Below are positions 50,768 through 60,571 of a DNA stretch of 64,000 bases, one piece after another (position 1 is the first letter of the stretch; the number at the start of each line of letters is the position of its first letter). The stretch is from the sequence record NC_028903.1; one strand, given 5' to 3'. The translations under genes were made by a program, and so were the position numbers. The notes under the pieces are model-generated. The model did not search any database and was not told the DNA's origin. It saw only the letters and a list, made by a program, of their open reading frames with translations. The DNA is from Escherichia phage 172-1.

Positions 50768-52799
50768 TTAACCTCTATTCAATGAACATTTAGGAGAATT
50801 ACAATAAACTTGATTCATAGAACCAAGCGTACAACTTTCAGCATCGCGCCACGGAATCTGCTTAAAACACTCTGAGCAGTAGCCGAGGGTTGACCACATG
50901 GCTTTGGTGAAGTCAGTGCTTCGGTTTCCGTCGAAGCTGACAACAGTTTTGCGGAGAGCTGTTCGTGATTCAGGAAACACACCTGCTTTCTCAGCAGGTT
51001 CCTCCTTTTTTGGCTTAGTTGAGATTGCAAAAACACTGTTGCTACGTTTCTCAACATAAGCATCAACAACATCCTCCAGAGTGATGCCTGTCTGTTTCGC
51101 TGAGGAAGGTAATACAGTCATACGACCAATCATATCTTCAGTTACACGTAAAGCAAATTCAGGACGGCGGGCGTTTGTTGTATCTGTTGCTTTAATCCAG
51201 ACATAACCATCTTTGATTGTAGCATTAGATACTTTCTTCTTTACATCTACAGCGCAGACTTTACAGATATCTTCACCACGAAGACGACTAAGCTCTTCAT
51301 CGAACTCATTCTCCGTTTTAACTTCACCACAGATTTCACAAACACCAATAGGAGTTTCCTCCTCTTCTTCATCTTTAGGTTTAGTCAAACCTTCCAGACA
51401 TTCAGGGTGCCAGTAGCACTGATATGCGAAGACTGCTTTAGGTGCATCCTTCCAATCAATGTGTTTGTCACAACCACCACAATCACCATGAGAGTGTGCT
51501 TCCCAGAATTTACGAGTGATAGTAACGCCATTCTTATTGACGAAACTATCATTCATGTCAAAAGGGATATCATCATCGAAGTCAGCAGTAGTAGACTCAG
51601 GCTCCTTTTTCTCCAGAGATGGGTCAACAAAACGACCTGCTGTGATTACTAAACGAACCATAGCATTAACTTCGGAGATGCAGGATACTGTCCCACGGTA
51701 AACGATTTTAGGGTCTTTCAGGGCATCCTGATAAGCCTTAATGTCTACGTTATGAACATCGCCTTCAATATACTCTTGAGACTTCTCATCGTAGATATAA
51801 CCAATCATCTTACCACGAGAAGGAACAGCACCAGCTGTTGCATAAGGAACAAACTCATGTGGTGTGATTTCCACAGTCATGTCGCGGCGAATGTCAATGT
51901 TTCGATCGCTTGCGATTTTGTTTTGACTTACCACTGCGTTTCTTCGACGAACGTCTGCCGCTGTCACTCCCGGCTTCGTGTCGTAAGGATTGCTTGTACT
52001 GCTTTTTGAGGAACTTTGATAATTGCTTTGGCTGTAGTTGTTCGAGTAGTAATTGCCCCAACGATTGATTACCGTAAAAACCGGAAGCTCGTGGGCGACC
52101 TCTTCAACTAGAGTCATACTGTTGTTTGACATATCAAAGATATATTCTGTACCAACTTTACATTCAAAGTGCTCATCAATTCGGTTTTTGTGAGACTTAG
52201 AACGCTTCAGAATCCACATCAACATGTCTTCTTCAGAAGCACCAAACCAATCTCTGTTACAACGTGCGAGATGGAAAGGACGCTCTTCATTACGGATGAT
52301 ATGAAGGCGGTTATCAGAAGCATCATGCCAGATTAAGGTGAAAGCACCATCCAGCTTTTGAATAGTCTCTGCTGCACCAATAGTGTTAATAGAGTGGCAG
52401 ATGTTCTCACTGTCTACCTCGAAGTTTTTGCTGTCAGGTAACAGATCTTGGTCCATCAAGGTTCCATTATGAACCAGCGTGATGTTACCATGTTGGAAAG
52501 GATGGGCGTTCTTGGCGTTAACTGCACCTTTCGTTGCATGACGGCTGTGACCAACAATCCATGAAGGTGCTACAGTGTAAGCTGTTTCACCAGTGGTGTG
52601 CTTCTTGTACTCATCTTGAAGGATGAATGCGAAAGAAAGGAAGAGCTTCTTTATAAGTGAAGACTTCCTTAGTGCTCTTACGCTGACCAAAGATACCAGA
52701 GGAATGTTGCCCTCGGAATACTCCAGCATAAAAGAGTTGGTTAAATACGTCTAAATCAGTGCTTGACAGATTACCGCCAGCTAATACGATGCCACAAAT
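50768..52799 (-). CDS. class II (Ntn) glutamine amidotransferase domain protein with Cys-rich C-terminal domain; frame-disrupted with apparent AUU start
   Basis: listed ORF 50768..52729 has GHSRHATKG..NAHPF..LVHNGTL (GATase II) but lacks Cys1; the upstream frame encodes (M)CGIVLAGGNLSSTDLDVFNQLFYAGVFRGQHSSGIFGQ starting at ATT 52799 with SD aggtgg 8 nt upstream; the frames differ by +1. Confidence 0.5.
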
Positions 52800-52878
52800 T
52801 TTCTAATCCACCTGAAGGGTAAACCCTTTCATCTAATTAACCTTTAAATTGTGCCCCTTTTTCAGAGGCACCCATTGA

Positions 52879-53982
52879 TTACAGCGCTTGCTCTAACTGA
52901 TTTTCCAGATGATCTGGAATGTACCTTGTGATATTGCTATCACTGTGACCTGACTCACGCAGTAAGTCAAAGATAGCACGGATACGTTGTTCTGGAGCGT
53001 GTCTTACTTGAGACAGGTCAGTTGTACGAAGCATAACCAGAATCTCTTGGTACAAGTTGTTAGCATTCCCTCGGACATACCCAAGGAATCCGTAGAAGTC
53101 TGACATATAACGTAAGTCAACAAGAACATCTCCGTTGGAGTTGGTTCGACGTAAACGAATACGACCAGACTGCTCTACTTCATGAGAACGGCAATACAAA
53201 ACATCACGGGCCATACAATACCCTGAATGCAAATCCGACTCGTCCAGATTGTAATCCAGAGGAAGGTAAGGAAGCATTGGGGCAAATCGTACAGTATTTA
53301 AATGCTCAATAAACTGATCATTGCTCATCTCTGCGTTATCTAAAGCCAGCTTCTTCAACATCAAGAAGCGGTTAACCAGATTGAGAAGTTGACCACGTTT
53401 CCACTTAGGCTCGCTGATACGGAACTCAATTGAACCGTATTGGGCAAGTGGCAGAAGATTCAGGGATGTATACTTATCCCATGAACGAACCAGACGGTTG
53501 AAGAACTCTTCATCGTCGTAGTTAAATGCGTCAGAGGCATTCATTACTTGTGCTTGTACCACTGCGAAAGCAGGGCAGAAGTTGCTACGGTAACGATGAT
53601 AGCCTGAACACTTGAACAACATCTTTTCATAGAAGGTCCAAGCGAGAATGGTTTTCTTGAGGATATTACTATCAGCATCCCTCATATCCATATGAACGTG
53701 AGTAGAGCAACGCCAAGTCCCCTCGGCGTGCGATTCAGCTACTGCTTCACTCAGGTTGTTGATAGCGTCTAACAACTCCTGTCCGTTGTAAGGTCGTGAA
53801 CATACCATTTCACAACCATTACGCAGGGAACCATCCTCTGTACAATCCCACATATCTGCTTCGATATGATCGGAACCTTCGAGTTCAAGTTCAATACCGA
53901 CACCGCACTGAAGTGCAATTGAACTATGCGCCTCAGTTAAACGACCTTCTCGATATCCAAAAGTTTGCGCTACAGTTGTCAT
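52879..53982 (-). CDS. carboxylate-amine (COOH-NH2) ligase-like, amidoligase family
   Basis: GVGIELELEGSD and STHVHMDM motifs resembling the glutamine-synthetase/GCS2-type amidoligase metal-binding pattern. Confidence 0.45.
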   Translation of the reverse strand: MTTVAQTFGYREGRLTEAHSSIALQCGVGIELELEGSDHIEADMWDCTEDGSLRNGCEMVCSRPYNGQELLDAINNLSEAVAESHAEGTWRCSTHVHMDMRDADSNILKKTILAWTFYEKMLFKCSGYHRYRSNFCPAFAVVQAQVMNASDAFNYDDEEFFNRLVRSWDKYTSLNLLPLAQYGSIEFRISEPKWKRGQLLNLVNRFLMLKKLALDNAEMSNDQFIEHLNTVRFAPMLPYLPLDYNLDESDLHSGYCMARDVLYCRSHEVEQSGRIRLRRTNSNGDVLVDLRYMSDFYGFLGYVRGNANNLYQEILVMLRTTDLSQVRHAPEQRIRAIFDLLRESGHSDSNITRYIPDHLENQLEQAL

Positions 53983-54596
53983 AACGAATCCACCAACGTA
54001 ATATTGTAATTGCTAAGGTTTTCAGAAATGTGATGAAAGTGTTCCAGAAGTCGCATCGGTTGCTGACCGTAAGAGTCACGAGGCGCTTCCAGATCTACTT
54101 GCCCTACCAGTGCACCTTTATAGTGCACCTTACCATCAGTAGGGTTGATGTAAATGTAACGAGTGACCAATCCATCAAACTCAGGATTGAACAAACTGTA
54201 AACCATCTCCCCAGAGATAGAACGACCAATCCCAGGAGCATTTCGAATCTTGTTACCCATCAAACCCTTCGCTCTCTGACGAACAGGGTTAATATGAGTC
54301 CAGCTTACAGTGTTACCGTTATGGAACAGATAACCAACATCAGGTGATTCAAGAATCAAGGTTGGGTCGAACACTGGAATGTTCATCGTAGTGTTTCGAA
54401 GATTCCCTTGCTCGTTCTTGTACCATTGCTCTACAACAAAGTACAGAGCCTGTTCTGCTTCGTGAGAGAAGTCATCACTGCGGAAGTTACCGCTCTGCTC
54501 AACACCGATCACAAAACACGGAAGGTTGATATTACCTGCTCGTTTAGCAATCCATGTACCATTATAGTAATGAGAAAAATCAGCTACTAAGCTCAC
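53979..54596 (-). CDS. hypothetical protein (ligase cluster member)
   Basis: 205-aa ORF translationally coupled to both neighbours. Confidence 0.4.
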   Translation of the reverse strand: MSLVADFSHYYNGTWIAKRAGNINLPCFVIGVEQSGNFRSDDFSHEAEQALYFVVEQWYKNEQGNLRNTTMNIPVFDPTLILESPDVGYLFHNGNTVSWTHINPVRQRAKGLMGNKIRNAPGIGRSISGEMVYSLFNPEFDGLVTRYIYINPTDGKVHYKGALVGQVDLEAPRDSYGQQPMRLLEHFHHISENLSNYNITLVDSL

Positions 54597-54605
54597 GATA
54601 ACCTC

Positions 54606-55412
54606 TTATGCTACCTGAAGGAGTTTGATCTGCTGGTCCGCTTCTTTAACATTGTTGCCGTTAATGATTTCATGAAGCTTCTCAATCGGAAGGCGAGAGT
54701 GCAATGCCATCAGAGTGGACATATCACACTGCTGAACAACTTTGTCAACCTGATCGTAAACAAACTTACGGTTTTCACGATCACTAATCCAGAAGTTAGA
54801 CAGTGAACGATACTCAATACCATAATCTTTATAACGGATTGCAGACGCTTTACCGTAGAGTTCTTTACGGCGAGTATCTTTATCCATAATAACTGCTGGG
54901 AGGGACAGGAAGTAGTCACACAGCACACCCAGCATCATTTGAGTTTGCAGGGTGATATCCAAAGCACCAACTACGCCAAGATGTACGTGACCACCGGCAG
55001 TACGAAGCCCCTTGTTCTGAGAAGTCGGGGATGGATTCTTCTGACCAGTGAAAGCGTTGAAATCAGGAGTACATCCGAAGATGAACGCTGATTCATTGAA
55101 AGTCTTCATCTCTTCTTCAGTGAAGATGTGAGAGCTAACACCCGGAGCTGTTTCCATGTCCAGTTTGTTCAGGACATTGTTGGTGAGATCGATACCACGT
55201 TGCATGTTATCGTTAAACGCGTCAAAGCCGCTCTGTGGGTCGATATCAAACTCAGCCAGTACGTTGTCCTCTTGAAGACGAACATCCTTAGCCAGAGTGA
55301 TCTTATCATCCTTAGAACAGCCTAACAGACCAGCCACAGAAGTGATGATGCCATTGCTGGTACGAACAAACATTTCAGGATCAGAGCCGATAAGGAATTT
55401 GCGCTTAGTCAT
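54606..55412 (-). CDS. GCS2/YbdK-like carboxylate-amine ligase-like protein
   Basis: LIGSDPEMFV and GGHVHLGV resemble YbdK motifs (GIELEM, GQHVHVG). Confidence 0.4.
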   Translation of the reverse strand: MTKRKFLIGSDPEMFVRTSNGIITSVAGLLGCSKDDKITLAKDVRLQEDNVLAEFDIDPQSGFDAFNDNMQRGIDLTNNVLNKLDMETAPGVSSHIFTEEEMKTFNESAFIFGCTPDFNAFTGQKNPSPTSQNKGLRTAGGHVHLGVVGALDITLQTQMMLGVLCDYFLSLPAVIMDKDTRRKELYGKASAIRYKDYGIEYRSLSNFWISDRENRKFVYDQVDKVVQQCDMSTLMALHSRLPIEKLHEIINGNNVKEADQQIKLLQVA

Positions 55413-56376
55413 TGTAATACTCCACTAGTTCAGAAAAGAGAGATGAGATTGTGTTACCAACTTCTTCAGTAGTAAGGCCAGAGCTTGGGCCAGTACGCTG
55501 AATTAGTCGGGCTGTAAAGTTTTGTACTGTAATGTTTTCCAACTTATTGTCTATTGCTTCACGTTTGTGACCATGGCAGTTGGACCAGAGTTGTAACCAC
55601 TCTGACATTGTTTGGTACTCGTCCGGGTCTTGATCTTTAGCTTGAGCAAAAGCAGTCAGAGCCTCTAGGTCGTGGTTTCGAACATAACCGTTGTGGTTTC
55701 TACCTTCACCAAACATACCTTGCACCCACACCTGATCTGTATACTCATCAGAGTCTACAACCAAAGGTAAGAATGCTGCTGCTGACATATCACCATTAAT
55801 GGCAACAGATGTACTTTCACTTGAGCTGTTAGCTCTTCCTCGTTGAGACCACCCACCGAAGAAGTCACGACCCAACCCAGCTAACACTAGAGCGATGCCG
55901 ATGCGTTTACGCTTCAGCCACTCTTCCCTGTCTTCAATTCCTTCTGCTAGGAAATCCATTCCACGATACTGCCCTTCCAGAATACTACGGAAAAGCATAA
56001 GTCCTGTGAAGATTTGATCTGCTGGATGCTCACGGAGGTTGACAGCTACACTATTCGCTGAAGTGATTGTAAATACATCACGATAGCAAGACATAGAGTT
56101 CATAATGTCTGCTGTTTCAACCAAGTTCCTTTCAATATAAGATGTAGTCTGACCATGAAAAGAGTGAGTCCAGTAATTCAACATCTCCAATTGCAAGTTG
56201 ATATCACGGTTGAAGCGTCTATAACGCCCATCTTCAGTGATAACTTCACCATTAATATCATTTACACACTGGCCTTGCATGTAGTTGTGGATACCGAAGC
56301 ACCCACGACCTAAGAACTTCTGTTCCCCTAAATCCTGTTGAAGATTCAGAGGTACGATCGTTGTGGAGATTGACAT
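55405..56376 (-). CDS. hypothetical protein (ligase cluster member)
   Basis: 323-aa ORF overlapping its neighbour's start. Confidence 0.4.
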   Translation of the reverse strand: MSISTTIVPLNLQQDLGEQKFLGRGCFGIHNYMQGQCVNDINGEVITEDGRYRRFNRDINLQLEMLNYWTHSFHGQTTSYIERNLVETADIMNSMSCYRDVFTITSANSVAVNLREHPADQIFTGLMLFRSILEGQYRGMDFLAEGIEDREEWLKRKRIGIALVLAGLGRDFFGGWSQRGRANSSSESTSVAINGDMSAAAFLPLVVDSDEYTDQVWVQGMFGEGRNHNGYVRNHDLEALTAFAQAKDQDPDEYQTMSEWLQLWSNCHGHKREAIDNKLENITVQNFTARLIQRTGPSSGLTTEEVGNTISSLFSELVEYYND

Positions 56377-56386
56377 AACTAACCTT

Positions 56387-57580
56387 TTATTTTCCTAAAA
56401 ATAATCCGCTCATAATACCATCCCACTCAGAGGATGGAATCACTGAATACACTGAACTTTGGTCCATAGTTCCACTACTAAATCGCTGAACAATGTTATA
56501 AATGTTGAACAGATCTTTAGTCTCAGCACGGATGCCGTAGATTAGACTATTAGCTGTTCTCTCATCTTTAGATACGCGACGGGTAAAGTTAATCAGAAGG
56601 TTGTCACATTTCAGGATTTCTGATTCATTCTCTACTAAATCAGGGTGCATCACCGGCAAGAACATCGAGTTATTAACTCGTAATTCTGCTGTTTCATCAT
56701 TCTCATAATGAATCCACTTAAAGTCTTCATCACGGAAGTGACCACACCCATCCCTATACGACTGTTGACGCCAAGGTACTTGGAATGCTTCAGCATACTT
56801 ATCAGCCATGCCTACTGTAAACAGCGACGCTGGGAAAATACAGGCATCCCAATCATTACCAACCAGAGTTGCTTTTGTTTCACCCAAGAGGTTAGTGTAA
56901 GTGCTAACCATTCGTGAGTAAACGTAAGCCTGAAGAATTGTCCAGCCTTCAACCAACCATTTATGAAGGAAGGTTTCAACTTGACTCTCTTCATCATCAC
57001 AATAGAAGGTTCGATCTAACATTAAATAGAACAGACAACGATCAGCAGGAACATTCTCAGTTGCTACACCCATAAAACCTTTTTCGTGCCAGCGTAAACA
57101 GGAGGGACGATCTTTGTCCACAAATGCTTCCATAGCTTCCAGTACAGCACGAGGTGAGGTTTGATACTCAGGGTTTTTATCATTCCAGTGCTCAATGTTA
57201 TTTTTAAGCTCGCCTTCGTGATCAATTGCACCCCAACCTAAATCTGCGGATACAGGTTTTTCATCACGCCATCGTCTAAAACCTAACATCTTCATGTGAG
57301 TTCCTGAGTTCCAGATATGTTTGATTTTACACATATCCATCTCTCGGCTTAGCAGGAATTCTTCCCCATCAGCACTACGAACGTTAGCTTCTTCATGCCA
57401 CACTCGAACGTGCATATTCCACCCATGAGTTGCCTCATACATGTTAGGGTCGAAGTATTCATCTTCGTAATCATCTTCATCAACGCCACCATTATAGTTG
57501 CGAAGCTGAAGGAACCCATAACAAGGAGGGTGGACCGTTAAAACATTACCTTCAGTATCTTCTAATGTTACTGGAAACAT
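56387..57580 (-). CDS. hypothetical protein (ligase cluster member)
   Basis: 397-aa ORF, first gene of the cluster in transcription order. Confidence 0.4.
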   Translation of the reverse strand: MFPVTLEDTEGNVLTVHPPCYGFLQLRNYNGGVDEDDYEDEYFDPNMYEATHGWNMHVRVWHEEANVRSADGEEFLLSREMDMCKIKHIWNSGTHMKMLGFRRWRDEKPVSADLGWGAIDHEGELKNNIEHWNDKNPEYQTSPRAVLEAMEAFVDKDRPSCLRWHEKGFMGVATENVPADRCLFYLMLDRTFYCDDEESQVETFLHKWLVEGWTILQAYVYSRMVSTYTNLLGETKATLVGNDWDACIFPASLFTVGMADKYAEAFQVPWRQQSYRDGCGHFRDEDFKWIHYENDETAELRVNNSMFLPVMHPDLVENESEILKCDNLLINFTRRVSKDERTANSLIYGIRAETKDLFNIYNIVQRFSSGTMDQSSVYSVIPSSEWDGIMSGLFLGK

Positions 57581-57591
57581 TATACCAACCT

Positions 57592-57954
57592 CTATTGGTT
57601 TTTAATCAACTCAATCGACTTACGGATATAAAGAATATCTCGGAAGTTTCGATAGTTGTTCATAAATTGGTGCTTCTGGAAAGTAGCTTCTTCCAGAGCT
57701 TTCTTTGCTTCTGCGTAGTTTTTACGGGCAAGATGTACAACCCGCTCTGGTAACACATTTGCACGACGGATGATATACTTGTGAGCTTTCATGTTGCTTT
57801 GCTCACGAGTAATCTTACCTTTAGCAACTTTGATACCATTTGCAATCCAAGCAAGTTCTTGCTCAAGCTCATCGTTGGACATTCCACCGAGATTTGATGC
57901 AACCTTGTTCAGAGTTTCAATATTAACGTTGCCCTTAATGGGACGTGTATTCAT
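57592..57954 (-). CDS. hypothetical protein
   Basis: 120-aa ORF. Confidence 0.35.
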   Translation of the reverse strand: MNTRPIKGNVNIETLNKVASNLGGMSNDELEQELAWIANGIKVAKGKITREQSNMKAHKYIIRRANVLPERVVHLARKNYAEAKKALEEATFQKHQFMNNYRNFRDILYIRKSIELIKNQ

Positions 57955-57956
57955 AC

Positions 57957-58109
57957 TTACTCCTGTTGTTTACACTCGTCAATAACCCACTGATAAGTGG
58001 ATTGCCCAGAAAAGAAACACTGAATAAATCCAGATGTTCTCTGCGTTACCAGTGCTAGTGCACAAATCACTACCGCTGCTGCTAGCAGTTTTAAATCTAA
58101 TTTAGACAT
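57957..58109 (-). CDS. small hydrophobic protein (50 aa, unlisted)
   Basis: ATG with RBS gagagg; MSKLDLKLLAAAVVICALALVTQ... has a signal/TM-like segment. Confidence 0.3.
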   Translation of the reverse strand: MSKLDLKLLAAAVVICALALVTQRTSGFIQCFFSGQSTYQWVIDECKQQE

Positions 58110-58128
58110 ATTTCCTCTCATTGAATTT

Positions 58129-58153
58129 AAAAAAGGACTCTCCGAAAAGAGTC
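58129..58153 (-). terminator. rho-independent terminator (minus strand)
   Basis: gacucu-uuucgg-agaguc + UUUUUU on the minus strand. Confidence 0.45.
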
Positions 58154-58335
58154 AAGCTTTAAATCCAAAAAGATATTACCCAATATCTGTGGATAACCTG
58201 CTCTTAAAATATCTATCCGACGGATGTTTGAGGATTATTCCTCGCCCTAGCATCGGCCCCATACGGGAAATATATTAAGATTAGGTTAGTTGAGTTAGAA
58301 TAACTCACATAGCCCTCCGAAGAAGGCTATAAATG

Positions 58336-58800
58336 TCACTCTATCTTAACTGAAGGGCAGTATTTCTCTTTCTTGCTGCGATACATCACAACAATCCAGT
58401 TTGAATCACGACGTTGCTTTTTAAGTCGTTTCTTTTCAGCACGAACTTCATATGTACTGTTTCGACGATCTCGGAGTTTGTCACGCACCTTAGATAAAAG
58501 CCACGTTGCGCCAATTATGAAACCGACTAGGCTTCCAGCAGCACCTAAACCAACCATAGGAGCAGCAAACCAAGTCCACCATACAAACGTACCTGCTGTA
58601 TCATGTCCTAGCAGTACACCACCAATAAGGCTTAACGCTGCATATACCATAGCGGATAGCACTATTAATATGGCAAAGTTTTGCACTGTTCGCCAGAAGT
58701 ATTCACAGAAGTTAGTCATGTTGTCCCAATGATAATTAGGGAGGCTTGACATGGCTTTGTTGAATTTGTGCAACCAGCCGTTCTTGTTAACCTTGATCAT
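58336..58800 (-). CDS. integral membrane protein (about 3 TM)
   Basis: hydrophobic helices FAILIVLSAMVYAALSLIGGVLLG, WWTWFAAPMVGLGAAGSLVGFIIGATWLL; basic C-terminus. Confidence 0.45.
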   Translation of the reverse strand: MIKVNKNGWLHKFNKAMSSLPNYHWDNMTNFCEYFWRTVQNFAILIVLSAMVYAALSLIGGVLLGHDTAGTFVWWTWFAAPMVGLGAAGSLVGFIIGATWLLSKVRDKLRDRRNSTYEVRAEKKRLKKQRRDSNWIVVMYRSKKEKYCPSVKIE

Positions 58801-59033
58801 TACTCACCTTTCTTGGCACGATCTTTGGCAGTTTTGCCAGTGCGGATACGATGGGAAACGTTAACCAGAGTGCCACCATCAATTACGGTAACGCTCTTGT
58901 TTTTAGCCAGATCAAACACAGTCTTCTCTGTGCCACCCAAGCGAATTTGCTTAGGCTCGCTGAAGGTTTGGGTTGATTTGGATTGGAACTGGAACGGTTG
59001 ACGGATTGCATCGATTGCGCTTACTTTAGACAT
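58800..59033 (-). CDS. hypothetical small protein
   Basis: 77-aa ORF. Confidence 0.35.
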   Translation of the reverse strand: MSKVSAIDAIRQPFQFQSKSTQTFSEPKQIRLGGTEKTVFDLAKNKSVTVIDGGTLVNVSHRIRTGKTAKDRAKKGE

Positions 59034-59264
59034 AGGGGAAATTCCTTAAAAAGTTATGGCTGCGTAGAGGGAATTCCCTACGCAAATTGGGCCGCCCACA
59101 GAGAGGCGTCATAGTACTAAAAGGAGGAGAGAAGAGGGCTTATTTAGCTACCTTTTTCTGTCCATTTACGAACCAGATAATTGAACCATCAGGCTGTCGT
59201 TGACCGAAGCCTTTCTGGTTAATCATATCGTCATAAGAATATGCTTTACGTCTCATTTATTTTC

Positions 59265-59507
59265 CTATGGAGTTAAGATAATTTCAGCCTTACTAAACTT
59301 CTCACCAACTTCAAGAGTATCAGCAACAGGACGGGGCACACCTGTACCCAAACAAACAGCCCTTCGATACCCTCCAGTCACAGGCATCATCAAATAGATG
59401 ATCTGATTATCATCTTCTTTTAAAGTGAAGATATCAGCGATCGATAGATCTTTAACAAAGAGTTTCTTTTCTTCTTCATGATGAACTTTGATATGTATTG
59501 TGCTCAT
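59265..59507 (-). CDS. small protein, paralog family A (divergent member)
   Basis: tandem array position and size; weaker motif match. Confidence 0.4.
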   Translation of the reverse strand: MSTIHIKVHHEEEKKLFVKDLSIADIFTLKEDDNQIIYLMMPVTGGYRRAVCLGTGVPRPVADTLEVGEKFSKAEIILTP

Positions 59508-59509
59508 AC

Positions 59510-59755
59510 CTACTCCTGAACAACTGACATACGAATCATTTCAACCTGTTCGTCAGCACCTTTAACACACAGCACACCTGTTAATAGATTCACTACAGGA
59601 ATCCAACCACTGGCTATACGGATGTTACCAGAGGCATTTTCAACCCTCATATAATACTGAGGGGAGGCACTTCCGTGCTGAATCACGAAAGGGTTTCCGG
59701 GAATGATTGTTTCCAATCGTACAGTATTATCCTTTTTCTTTGGGATGATTTTCAT
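59510..59755 (-). CDS. small protein, paralog family A
   Basis: VRLETIIPGNPF ... GNIRIASGWIPVV. Confidence 0.45.
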   Translation of the reverse strand: MKIIPKKKDNTVRLETIIPGNPFVIQHGSASPQYYMRVENASGNIRIASGWIPVVNLLTGVLCVKGADEQVEMIRMSVVQE

Positions 59756-60003
59756 TATGTGTTATCCACCAAAAGTTCTGCTGACACAGGAACAACTTGG
59801 CACCAGCTAGACGGTGCTGTTACGTTACCATCAGATAGACGGAGAGTGAGTACTCGATCAGAGTTAACGGTTACATTAGGACTTTCAGATACAATCCCTT
59901 TGACGTAGAGAGTATCACTCTCAGGGAATTTAAACACTGCTCCGCTGGGAAGCGCGTTGAGATCAACCTTGGTCACTTCTTCTTTCTTGTGAGTAATCTT
60001 CAT
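59755..60003 (-). CDS. small protein, paralog family A
   Basis: VDLNALPSGAVF ... GNVTAPSSWCQVVPV. Confidence 0.45.
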   Translation of the reverse strand: MKITHKKEEVTKVDLNALPSGAVFKFPESDTLYVKGIVSESPNVTVNSDRVLTLRLSDGNVTAPSSWCQVVPVSAELLVDNT

Positions 60004-60251
60004 TTAGAACCCTTAATAACGTTAGCTTCAACTTGGACAGGGATCACTTTGGTTGTTCTTAACGGACAACGTATCTTACCATTTGCTATATCAACAACAA
60101 CCATACGATCTGAGCTGACTTTTAAATACTCAGAGTAACTAGGTTCCGCAAGAATCATCACGTTATCATGAAGAGATCCCATCCGGAAAGTCTCTCCCGG
60201 TCTGATGTTCTGTAATTGGACCTGAAGAGGGTTTGGCATATTTACTTTCAT
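60000..60251 (-). CDS. small protein, paralog family A
   Basis: VQLQNIRPGETF ... GKIRCPLRTTKVIPV. Confidence 0.45.
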   Translation of the reverse strand: MKVNMPNPLQVQLQNIRPGETFRMGSLHDNVMILAEPSYSEYLKVSSDRMVVVDIANGKIRCPLRTTKVIPVQVEANVIKGSK

Positions 60252-60259
60252 ATTGATTC

Positions 60260-60571
60260 CTATTTAAGTTTGAGGCTAATGTTAAGGTGCATACATGCCC
60301 TGTTCTGTACAGCAGCATAGCTTCTACCGAGCATGTCAGCCATTCTCTGAATAGACATGAACCCAGCATTACGGATAAGGAACTGGTCTTCTTCTTTAGA
60401 CCACTTGACTCGGATTGCAGCTCTTGATATACCAAACTTAGTACAAGCTGTATTAACTGCATTCTCCGTTACATTCATAATCTGAGCAACCTCTTGAACA
60501 GAGTACTCTTTGATTAATCTCCGAAGATTTTCAATCTGCATCGGAGTCCATATAGTTCTTCGAGCTTTCAT
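60260..60571 (-). CDS. HTH DNA-binding protein (putative transcriptional regulator)
   Basis: two HTH-like segments YSVQEVAQIMNVTENAVNTA and SIQRMADMLGRSYAAVQNRA. Confidence 0.45.
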   Translation of the reverse strand: MKARRTIWTPMQIENLRRLIKEYSVQEVAQIMNVTENAVNTACTKFGISRAAIRVKWSKEEDQFLIRNAGFMSIQRMADMLGRSYAAVQNRACMHLNISLKLK

